A stretch of 37,262 bases of DNA. Source: Gemmatimonadales bacterium. GTDB lineage: Bacteria > Gemmatimonadota > Gemmatimonadetes > Gemmatimonadales > GWC2-71-9. Positions 26,044-33,737 of the stretch are shown here, in pieces (within the stretch, counting starts at the first letter, position 1; each line of letters starts with the position of its first letter). Location: assembly GCA_036769285.1 (NCBI GenBank), contig DAIPLK010000009.1:1-37262 (forward strand), written 5' to 3'. The translations under genes and the position numbers were made by a program. Under the pieces are notes generated by a model. The model was not told the origin of the DNA. It searched no databases and saw only the letters and a list, made by a program, of their open reading frames with translations.

Positions 26044-27015
26044 ATGGGAGAGTTCGCCTCCAGGGCCGCCGGCGACTTCGACTTCCGGGACATCCTCTAC
26101 CAGAAGGGGGATATGACGGCCCGGATCACGCTCAACCGGCCGGAGGCCTACAACGCGTACCGGACCGGGACGCTCCGTGAGCTGATCACCGCGTTCGAGG
26201 ACGCGTCGAACGACGACCAGGTCGGCGTGATCGTGTACACCGGCGCGGGAGACAAGGCGTTCTGCACCGGCGGCGACGTCAAGGAGTACGCCGAGCTCTA
26301 CACCAGGCGTCCCCGGGATTACTGGAAGTACATGGGGCTGTTCAGCAGGTACATCGAGAGCATTCTCCACAGCGGCAAGGTCACCATCGCCCGGATCAAC
26401 GGGATGGCGGTCGGCGGGGGCAACGAGTCGCAGCTCGCCTGCGACCTCGCCGTGATGGCGGACGATGCCTACATCGCCCAGGTCGGAACCAGTGTGGGCA
26501 GTGTCGCGGCCGGTGGCGCCACCCAGTGGCTCTCGATTCACGTGGGGGACCGCCGCGCGCGCGAGATGCTGTTCCTCAACCCGCGCATCCGGGCGCAGCA
26601 GGCGCTGGAGTGGGGACTGGTGAACCGGGTGGTGCCGCGGGAGAAGCTCGACGAGGAGGTGCAGAAGCTCGTCGACGGCGTCCTGGACAAGTTCTCGGAG
26701 TGCACTCGCTACACCAAGCAGCAGCTGAACTACTGGAAGGAGTCGGCCTGGTACGCGACCATCGGCCATGCCCGCGATTGGCTCTCGACCCATTTCACGT
26801 CCCTGGAGCCGTACGAGGGGATGCAGGCCTTCGTGGAGAAGCGGAAGGCCGACTACCGGGGTCTCCGGCGGAGGGCGGCGGAGGGAGGGAGCAGCGAGTT
26901 CCTGTGGGGACCGTACACGCAGAGCTGCGGCGCCTGCGGGGCGAAGGGGATTCCCGAAGGCTTCACCTTCTGCGGCGCCTGCGGGGGCGCACTCGGCAAG
27001 CGGCATGGCGCCTGA
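26044..27015 (+). CDS. Crotonase-superfamily ring-cleaving hydrolase candidate (Oah/BamA-like, BadI/MenB-related) with C-terminal zinc-ribbon tail
   Basis: 323 aa with LNRPEAYNAYRT, GAGDKAFCTGGDVKEYAELYTRRPRDYWKYMGLF, INGMAVGGGNE and AQVGTSVGSV. It resembles my recollection of 6-oxocyclohex-1-ene-1-carbonyl-CoA hydrolase more than a generic hydratase. An extra tail ends in CGAC-x11-CGAC. I chose ATG 26044 (after AAAGGA); the longer 25591 ORF overlaps the thiolase. Confidence 0.75.
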   Translation: MGEFASRAAGDFDFRDILYQKGDMTARITLNRPEAYNAYRTGTLRELITAFEDASNDDQVGVIVYTGAGDKAFCTGGDVKEYAELYTRRPRDYWKYMGLFSRYIESILHSGKVTIARINGMAVGGGNESQLACDLAVMADDAYIAQVGTSVGSVAAGGATQWLSIHVGDRRAREMLFLNPRIRAQQALEWGLVNRVVPREKLDEEVQKLVDGVLDKFSECTRYTKQQLNYWKESAWYATIGHARDWLSTHFTSLEPYEGMQAFVEKRKADYRGLRRRAAEGGSSEFLWGPYTQSCGACGAKGIPEGFTFCGACGGALGKRHGA

Positions 27016-27751
27016 CCCGGGGGCACGGGTCGCCCTGGTAACCGGCGCCGGGCGCGGCATCGGCGCGGCGATCGCGCGGGAACTCGCCCGGGACGGATGT
27101 GACGTGGCGCTGGTGGACAAGGCGACGGCGCCGGCGGAAACGGTGGCCGGAGAGATCCGGCGGCTGGGGCGCCGGGCGGTTGTCCTCGACGCCGACGTGA
27201 CCAGCCTCACGGCGGCGGGGGCCTCTGTCGGCGCGGTATTGGCCGAGCTGGGCCGGCTCGACCTGCTGGTCTGCAACGCCGGGATCAGCCGCGACGCCGT
27301 GGTCTGGAAGATGACGGAGGAGGCGTGGGACGAGGTCATCGCGGTCAACCTGAAGGGGTGCTTCAATTATTGTCGCGTGGTGGCCCCGATCTTCCGGGCG
27401 CAGCGTCGCGGCCGGATCGTCACCGTCGCATCGATCAACGCCCTCCGGGGCAAGGCGGGCCAGGCCAACTACACCGCCTCGAAGGCGGGCGTGGTGGCGC
27501 TGACCCGGACCCTGGCGCGGGAGCTGGGACGGTCGGGGGTGACCGTCAACTGCGTCGCGCCGGGAATGGTGCGCACGGCGATGACCGACGCTCTGCCGCC
27601 GCAGATTCTCGACGCCGCCATCGCCGAGTCGGCCCTGGGGCGAATCGGCGAGCCCGAGGACGTGGCCCACGCCGTCGCGTTCCTCTGTTCCGACCGCGCG
27701 CGGCACATCACCGGCGCCGTCCTCCAGGTGGACGGCGGACAGTTCATGTGA
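27005..27751 (+). CDS. Short-chain dehydrogenase/reductase (FabG/BadH-like)
   Basis: 248 aa with TGAGRGIGAAIA, NAGI and the catalytic YTASKAG; C-terminus ITGAVLQVDGG. The start lies 11 nt inside the upstream gene. Confidence 0.9.
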   Translation: MAPDPGARVALVTGAGRGIGAAIARELARDGCDVALVDKATAPAETVAGEIRRLGRRAVVLDADVTSLTAAGASVGAVLAELGRLDLLVCNAGISRDAVVWKMTEEAWDEVIAVNLKGCFNYCRVVAPIFRAQRRGRIVTVASINALRGKAGQANYTASKAGVVALTRTLARELGRSGVTVNCVAPGMVRTAMTDALPPQILDAAIAESALGRIGEPEDVAHAVAFLCSDRARHITGAVLQVDGGQFM

Positions 27752-27767
27752 GAGGACACGGCGCCGC

Positions 27768-28541
27768 ATGACGGACGCGACCGGCACGGTGGGGTACCAG
27801 GTGCGCGACGACGTCGCCTACGTGACGCTCGGCGCGCCGCCCCTCAACCTGCTCACCGCGGCGATGATGGGCGATCTGGCGGCGGCGCTGGAGCGGGCCG
27901 GAGACGACCGGACCCTGAAGGCGATCGCGGTGACGTCGGCGGGGCGGGCGTTTTCGGCCGGCGCCGACGTGGGCGAGCACCGGCCGGAGCAGGCGCCGGC
28001 CATGATCGAGGGATTCAGCCGGTTGTTCCACGCGCTCGGCGCGAGCGAGCTGCCGCTGGTCATGGCGGTCGACGGCGCGGCACTCGGCGCTGGGTTCGAG
28101 CTGGCGCTGATGGCCGACGTGCTGCTCGCCAGCGAGCGGGCCAGCTTCGGCCAGCCCGAGATCCGCCTGGGCTTCTTCGCGCCGGTGGCAGTCGCCTGGC
28201 TCCCGGCCCGCATCGGGATCGCCCGGGCGATCGAGGTCACCAGTACCGGGCGGACCTACACCGCGGGGGAAATGCAGGTCATGGGGCTGGTGTCGCGGGT
28301 GGTAACCCCGGAGGAGCTGCCGGCGGCGCTGGAGGCGGTGCTGACCGACATGCGCCGGGCCAGCCCGGTCGTCATGCGGATGAACGTGCGGCTCGCGCGG
28401 CAGCTGCAGGGCCGTCCGTTCGAGGAGGCGCGGCGGGAGGCGGAGCGGGTGTTCCTGGAGGAGTTGATGGCGACGGAGGACGTGCGCGAAGGCATCGCCG
28501 CGTTCTACCAGAAGCGTCGCCCGGCATGGAAGAATCGCTGA
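27768..28541 (+). CDS. Enoyl-CoA hydratase (Dch/BadK-like candidate)
   Basis: 257-aa crotonase fold with SAGRAFSAGADVGEH, VDGAALGAGFELALMADV and EGIAAFYQKRRP. The context suggests dienoyl-CoA or cyclohexenoyl-CoA hydratase. Confidence 0.85.
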   Translation: MTDATGTVGYQVRDDVAYVTLGAPPLNLLTAAMMGDLAAALERAGDDRTLKAIAVTSAGRAFSAGADVGEHRPEQAPAMIEGFSRLFHALGASELPLVMAVDGAALGAGFELALMADVLLASERASFGQPEIRLGFFAPVAVAWLPARIGIARAIEVTSTGRTYTAGEMQVMGLVSRVVTPEELPAALEAVLTDMRRASPVVMRMNVRLARQLQGRPFEEARREAERVFLEELMATEDVREGIAAFYQKRRPAWKNR

Positions 28542-28551
28542 GGAGGACCGG

Positions 28552-30843
28552 GTGCGGATCCTGATCGTGGGAGCGGGAGCGCTGGGAGGGTTCGTCGGGG
28601 CCACCCTGGCGCGCGCCGGGGAGGACGTGACCCTGCTCGACATCAAGGAATCCCAGGCCCGGTTCCTCAACGACGCCGGGCTGGTGATCACCCGGGCCGG
28701 GCAGGAGGAAGCCTGTATCCCGGTGCACGTGGTCACCTCGGTCGAGGGCCTGGAGCCGTTCGACCTGGTGTTCGTCGCGGTCAAGACCTACGAGACCGAG
28801 GACGCGATGCGCGACGTGATGCCGGTGACGGGGCCGCACACCCGCTTCCTCTCCATGCAGAACGGCATCGGCAGCGCCGAGGTCATGGCGCGGTACGTCG
28901 GCCCCGAGCGGGTGGTCTGCGGCATCACCTACCACAGCATCCAGCATGCGGGCCCGGGCCGGCTGAATTATCGGGTCGGGATCAAACCGTTCCAGATCGC
29001 CCCCTTCGTCGGGGAGATCACCCCCGAGATCGAGGCGATCGGGGAGGTGTTCCGCCGGGCCGGGCTGGAGACGGCCACCGTCCCCAACATCGACGACGCC
29101 GTCTGGGAAAAGGTGCTGCACAACGCGGTGATCAACCCGGTCTCCGCGGTCACCGGACTGACCTGCCGCGAGATCCTGGCGGACCCCGACCTGATCGCCT
29201 TCATGCGCGAGCTGACCCACGAGATCGTCGCCGTGATGCGCGCGCGGGGTGTCGCGATCGTCGACCCGGAAGACCCCTTCCGTCCGCTGCTCAGCTCGCT
29301 CCAGGCGCTGGGCAAGAACCGGCCGTCCATGTGGCAGGATCTCGCCCGCGGCAGGCGGACCGAGATCGACGCGATCAACGGCGCGGTCGTCGCCGAGGCG
29401 GAGCGCCTCGGGCTCCAGGCCCCCCACTGCAGGGCCCTGGTGCGGTTCATCCACTCCCGCGAACGGCAGAAGTTCCTCAACCGCCAGGCGATCGTCCACG
29501 AACTGGGACTCGACGGCGGGGAGGAGCGAGCGGGGGACACCCCAGGGGCGGTGCGGCCGGAACGGCCGGTGCGCGCCACATCGCTGGGAGCGGACGGCGG
29601 CATGCCCCCCGGGGGGCCGCCGCTGGAGACCACCCGCCGACTGAAGGAATTGATGCGCGCCTACTATCGCGACCTCGAGGCCGCCTCGGACGATCCGGGG
29701 CGCCTGGTCGCGGCCTGCTCGGGCTTCTCGCCGGTCGAGATCGTCCGGGCGCTCGACGTGACGCCGTACTTCCCCGAAAATCACGCGGCGCTGATCGGGG
29801 CCAGCCGGCAGGTCGGGCCCTATCTCGCGCGGGCGACCGCCGAAGGATTCTCCCAGTTCGCGAGCTCGGCGATGCGAGCCGACATCGGCGCGCTGCTCGA
29901 GGGCAGCAGCCCCCTCGTGGGGGTGCACGGGATCAAGGGGCCGCCGCGCCCCGATGTCGTGATGTACAGCACCAACACCGGCCACGAGCTGCTCCGCTGG
30001 TTCGAGTTCTACGGCGCCCACTATCGCGTACCGGTGCTCGGCCTCCACCCGCCGCCGGCGCTGGACCAGCTGGAGCAGATGGACATCGACGCGGCGGCGC
30101 ACCAGATGTGGCGACTGGCGTCCGGGCTCGAGCAGGCGACCGGGCGCACCCTGGACGTGCACCGCCTGAGCGCCGTGGTCGGCCACACCGCCCAGGCCGC
30201 CGCGCTCTGGGGCGAGATCCTGGACCTCGCCCGCACGGTGCCCGCGCCCTTCACCTGGTTCGACACGCTGGTGCACGTCGCGCCCATGGTGGTCCTCCGG
30301 GGCACACCCGAGGCCGTAGCCTACTACCGCGAGCTGAAGGACGAGATCGAGGAGCGGGTCGCCCGGGGCATCGCGGCCGTGCCCAACGAGGCGTTCCGCT
30401 TCTACTGGGATGGACCCCCGATCTGGTGCGCGCTCCGGCCGCTCGCCCGGCTGTTCGGCGAATCGGGCATCGCGATCGTGGCGTCCACGTTCTCGACCGT
30501 CTTCGCCCTGTCCGGGTTGGATCCCAACGATCCCATCGAGAGCATGGCCCGGGCCTACACCGGGGTGTTCGGCAACCGGTCCGAGGCCTACAAGACGGCG
30601 TTCCTGGCCCGGAAGTTCGAGCAATACGGGGTGGATGCCGCGGTCTACCACGACTGCCGCACCACTCCCGAGGCGAGCCACGTACGTTACGGGCTGGCCC
30701 ACCGGCTGGAGCGCGCGACCGGCATCCCCGGATTCGTGGTGGAGGCCGACTCGCACGACCTGCGGCTCTTCTCCACGGAGCGTCTGCAAGGACTGATCGC
30801 CGGGTTTCTCGAGCGGCAGACCGCGCCCAGCGAGGTCCGGTAG
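28552..30843 (+). CDS. Fusion protein: ketopantoate-reductase (PanE/ApbA) domain + HGD-D (BcrB/C, HgdA/B-like) core subunit
   Basis: 763 aa. Residues 1-310 or so carry VGAGALGG, SMQNGIG, WEKVLHNAVINP and SMWQDLARGRRTEIDAING, a complete KPR signature. A Gly/Pro/Arg-rich linker follows. Residues from about 360 onward are paralogous to the 31696 gene (YFPENHAALIGASR, WFEFYG, YHDCRTT). The GTG start follows GAGGAGGA. Confidence 0.85.
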   Translation: MRILIVGAGALGGFVGATLARAGEDVTLLDIKESQARFLNDAGLVITRAGQEEACIPVHVVTSVEGLEPFDLVFVAVKTYETEDAMRDVMPVTGPHTRFLSMQNGIGSAEVMARYVGPERVVCGITYHSIQHAGPGRLNYRVGIKPFQIAPFVGEITPEIEAIGEVFRRAGLETATVPNIDDAVWEKVLHNAVINPVSAVTGLTCREILADPDLIAFMRELTHEIVAVMRARGVAIVDPEDPFRPLLSSLQALGKNRPSMWQDLARGRRTEIDAINGAVVAEAERLGLQAPHCRALVRFIHSRERQKFLNRQAIVHELGLDGGEERAGDTPGAVRPERPVRATSLGADGGMPPGGPPLETTRRLKELMRAYYRDLEAASDDPGRLVAACSGFSPVEIVRALDVTPYFPENHAALIGASRQVGPYLARATAEGFSQFASSAMRADIGALLEGSSPLVGVHGIKGPPRPDVVMYSTNTGHELLRWFEFYGAHYRVPVLGLHPPPALDQLEQMDIDAAAHQMWRLASGLEQATGRTLDVHRLSAVVGHTAQAAALWGEILDLARTVPAPFTWFDTLVHVAPMVVLRGTPEAVAYYRELKDEIEERVARGIAAVPNEAFRFYWDGPPIWCALRPLARLFGESGIAIVASTFSTVFALSGLDPNDPIESMARAYTGVFGNRSEAYKTAFLARKFEQYGVDAAVYHDCRTTPEASHVRYGLAHRLERATGIPGFVVEADSHDLRLFSTERLQGLIAGFLERQTAPSEVR

Positions 30844-30874
30844 GGCCCGGCGGCGAGGAAGGAGGCACCTCAGG

Positions 30875-31699
30875 ATGGAACCGGAGACCAGGATCGCGGC
30901 CGGCGTCGATGCCGGAACCGAGTGCGTCAAGGCCGTGGTGGTCGCCGACGGGGGCCGGGTGCTGGGCCGGGCGGTGCACCCGACGCGGGGCCACTTCCAG
31001 GCCTGCGCCTACGAGGTGCTGGCGGCGGCGCTCGACGACGCTCAGCTGCGGGAGCAGGATCTGATCGGACTCGGCGCGACCGGGTTCGCCTCGAGCTGCG
31101 TCCCCGGCGCGACGCTGACGGCGACCGAGACGGCTTGCCACGCGCTCGGGGCCTTCCACCACTGCAACCACGCGATGACCCTGGTGGACATCGGAGGCCG
31201 CGACCCCCATCTCATCACGGTGGACGCTGCCGGTCGGCCGGTGGAAGCCCGCAGTGTGCGGCGTTGCGCGGTGGGGGTCGGTAGCTTCCTGATGTTCGCG
31301 GCGCGCCATCTCGACGTTCCCCCCACGGGGCTGCAGGATCTGGCGGCGACGGCAAAGCAGGCGGCACGGGTGAGCAGCTACTGTTCGGTCTTTTCCAGCA
31401 ACGAGGTCCTCGAGCGGCTCCGCGAGGGGGCAACGCGGGAGGAGATCGCGTTGGGGAGCATGCAGTCCATTGCGGAACGGATCCTCGAGATGGGCGGCCT
31501 GGAGCCCCCGGTGATGGTGTCCGGCGGGGTGGCCGAGTACTTCCCGGGCGTGCTGCACGCCCTGGAGTCGCTCTCGGGAATCCCCGTCCGGCCCGTCCCC
31601 GAGCCGATGCTGGCCGGCGCGCTGGGCGCGGCCTTGAAGGTGCTCCGGGTGCCGGTCGTCCCGCTGAGCGCGGCCGCGACCCGAAAGGCGGCGCCATGA
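30875..31699 (+). CDS. BcrAD/BadFG/HgdC-family ATPase, divergent (BcrD-like partner)
   Basis: 274 aa with GVDAGTECVKAV, DIGGRDPHL (degenerate phosphate loops), and cluster-ligand contexts RRCAVGVGSFL and SSYCSVFSSNE. The RBS GGAAGGAGG lies upstream. Confidence 0.85.
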   Translation: MEPETRIAAGVDAGTECVKAVVVADGGRVLGRAVHPTRGHFQACAYEVLAAALDDAQLREQDLIGLGATGFASSCVPGATLTATETACHALGAFHHCNHAMTLVDIGGRDPHLITVDAAGRPVEARSVRRCAVGVGSFLMFAARHLDVPPTGLQDLAATAKQAARVSSYCSVFSSNEVLERLREGATREEIALGSMQSIAERILEMGGLEPPVMVSGGVAEYFPGVLHALESLSGIPVRPVPEPMLAGALGAALKVLRVPVVPLSAAATRKAAP

Positions 31700-32940
31700 G
31701 CGACATCCGCAGCACCGGTGCGCTCCGCGAGACGATGGGAGCCTACTACCGTTCGCTGGGGGATGCCGCGGAGCGGAAGACGGCTCCGGTCGCCTGGTGC
31801 TCCAGCGTCGGACCGACCGAACTGCTCCGCGCGCTCGGCTTCGCGGTGTTCTTCCCGGAGAACCACGCCGCGATGCTGGGGGCATCGCGCACCGCCCAAC
31901 GCTACATGCCGCTGGCGCATGCGCAGGGCTACTCCCAGGATGTCTGCTCCTATCTCAGCAGCGACATCGGGGCCTACCTCGCCGGCGAAACCCCGCTCTC
32001 GGCGTTCGGTCTCTCCGGCACCCCGCGCGCCGACGTCCTGGTGTTCAACACCAACCAGTGCCGCGACATCCGGGACTGGTTCGAGTGGTACGGGCGGAAG
32101 TGGGGCGTCCCGGTGATCGGCGTGCGCTCCCCGCGCTCGATCGACGACGTGACCGAGAGCGACATCGACGGGGTGGCCCGGCAGATCGAGGGCCTGGTGC
32201 CGCCGCTCGAATCGGTGGCGGGCCGGCGGCTGGACCCGGGCCGTCTGGCGGAGGTAGTCGGCCGGTCTCGACAGTGCTCCGACCTCTGGGAGGCATGCCT
32301 CCTGACCGCGGCGCACCATCCGGCGCCGCTCACCTTCTTCGACGGCACCATCCACATGGGACCGGCCGTCGTGCTGCGGGGTGACGAGGCGGCCAACGCC
32401 TATTACCGGACCCTCCTCGCCGAGCTCCAGGATCGCGCGGCGACCGCCACCGGCGCCGTGCCGGGCGAATCGTACCGCCTGTACTGGGAGGGCATGCCGA
32501 TCTGGGGGCGGCTGCGCGCGCTTTCGGCGGTGTGCATCGAGTTCCGCACCGCGGTCGTGGCCTCGACGTACTGCAACAGCTGGATCTTCTCCGCCCTCGA
32601 CGCGGCCGACCCGATCCGCTCGATGGCGCGCGCCTCGCTCGAGCTGTTCATCACCCGGTCCGAAGCGCCCAAGGAGCGTTACATCGAGGAGATGGTCGGC
32701 CGGTACGGGGTCGACGGCATCGTGTTCCACGACTGCCGGACCTGCTCCAGCAACTCGAACACGCGCTACGGCATGCCGCGGCGCCTGTCGGAACGGCTGG
32801 GCATCCCGACGCTGATCCTCGACGGCGACGTCAACGACCTCCGTTGCTTCAGCGACGAGCAGTCCCGCACCAACCTGGAGGGGTTCATCGAGCAGATCGC
32901 GGACGCCCGCGCGGCGGGCCGGCTGGCGGAGCGGCGGTGA
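31696..32940 (+). CDS. HGD-D family core subunit (BcrB / 2-hydroxyacyl-CoA dehydratase alpha-like)
   Basis: 414 aa with WCSSVGPTELLRALGF, FFPENHAAMLGASR, QDVCSYLSSDIGAY, NTNQCRDIRDWFEWYG and FHDCRTCSSNSNTRYG. There is an ATGA overlap with the upstream ATPase. Confidence 0.85.
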   Translation: MSDIRSTGALRETMGAYYRSLGDAAERKTAPVAWCSSVGPTELLRALGFAVFFPENHAAMLGASRTAQRYMPLAHAQGYSQDVCSYLSSDIGAYLAGETPLSAFGLSGTPRADVLVFNTNQCRDIRDWFEWYGRKWGVPVIGVRSPRSIDDVTESDIDGVARQIEGLVPPLESVAGRRLDPGRLAEVVGRSRQCSDLWEACLLTAAHHPAPLTFFDGTIHMGPAVVLRGDEAANAYYRTLLAELQDRAATATGAVPGESYRLYWEGMPIWGRLRALSAVCIEFRTAVVASTYCNSWIFSALDAADPIRSMARASLELFITRSEAPKERYIEEMVGRYGVDGIVFHDCRTCSSNSNTRYGMPRRLSERLGIPTLILDGDVNDLRCFSDEQSRTNLEGFIEQIADARAAGRLAERR

Positions 32941-33737
32941 GCTACTGGGCCGGAATCGACTGCGGTTCGTGGGCCACCAAGGCGGTGGTCATCGACCAGG
33001 GTGCCCGCCTGCTCGGCAGCGGAGTCGCCCGCTCCGGCGCCGACCTGGCCGCGGCCGCGGAGCGGGCGTACACTCTGGCGTTGGCGCAGGCCGGCCGGGA
33101 CAGGGACGAGATGGCGGCTGTCTGGGCCACGGGGTTCGGAAGGCAATCGGTGGAGTTCGCGGACGGATCGAGAACCGAACTGGACTGTCACGGGCGGGGA
33201 GCCGCGTACTATGTGCGGGAGCCGGCCGTCGTGATCGACATCGGCGGCCAGGACGCCAAGGTGATTCGCCTCGACGCCGACGGCCGGCGTCTGGCTCACC
33301 GGATGAACCGCAAGTGCGCCGCCGGGACGGGGAGCTTTCTGGACGAGATCGCCCTCCGGCTCGGGATCGAGGTCTCCGATCTCGACCATCTCGCGGCGAC
33401 GGCCACCGAAAGCTTCGAGCTGTCCAGCTTCTGCACCGTCTTTGCCGGCACCGAGCTGTTGACTCTCATCCGCGCGGGCAAGCGCCCGGCCGACCTGGCT
33501 CGGGCTGCGTACCTGTCGCTGGTCAAGCGAGTGGCCGCCATGGACGTGTTCCAGGGACGAGTGGTGGCCACCGGGGGCGTCGTGGCCCACCACCCGACGA
33601 TGGTCCGGTTGCTGGGCGAGGAGCTCCGGGCGGAGATCGTGGTGCCGCCGCACCCGCAGGAGATCGGTGCGTTCGGCGCGGCCCTCGCGGCCCGGGAGGG
33701 CGCCGCGTCGGTGGGCCCGGCGATGGAGGGCGGATGA
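32937..33737 (+). CDS. BcrAD/BadFG/HgdC-family ATPase, canonical motifs
   Basis: 266 aa with GIDCGSWATKAV, DIGGQDAKVI, NRKCAAGTGSFLDE and SSFCTVFAGTE. The GTG start overlaps the upstream stop (GTGA). Confidence 0.85.
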   Translation: MSYWAGIDCGSWATKAVVIDQGARLLGSGVARSGADLAAAAERAYTLALAQAGRDRDEMAAVWATGFGRQSVEFADGSRTELDCHGRGAAYYVREPAVVIDIGGQDAKVIRLDADGRRLAHRMNRKCAAGTGSFLDEIALRLGIEVSDLDHLAATATESFELSSFCTVFAGTELLTLIRAGKRPADLARAAYLSLVKRVAAMDVFQGRVVATGGVVAHHPTMVRLLGEELRAEIVVPPHPQEIGAFGAALAAREGAASVGPAMEGG

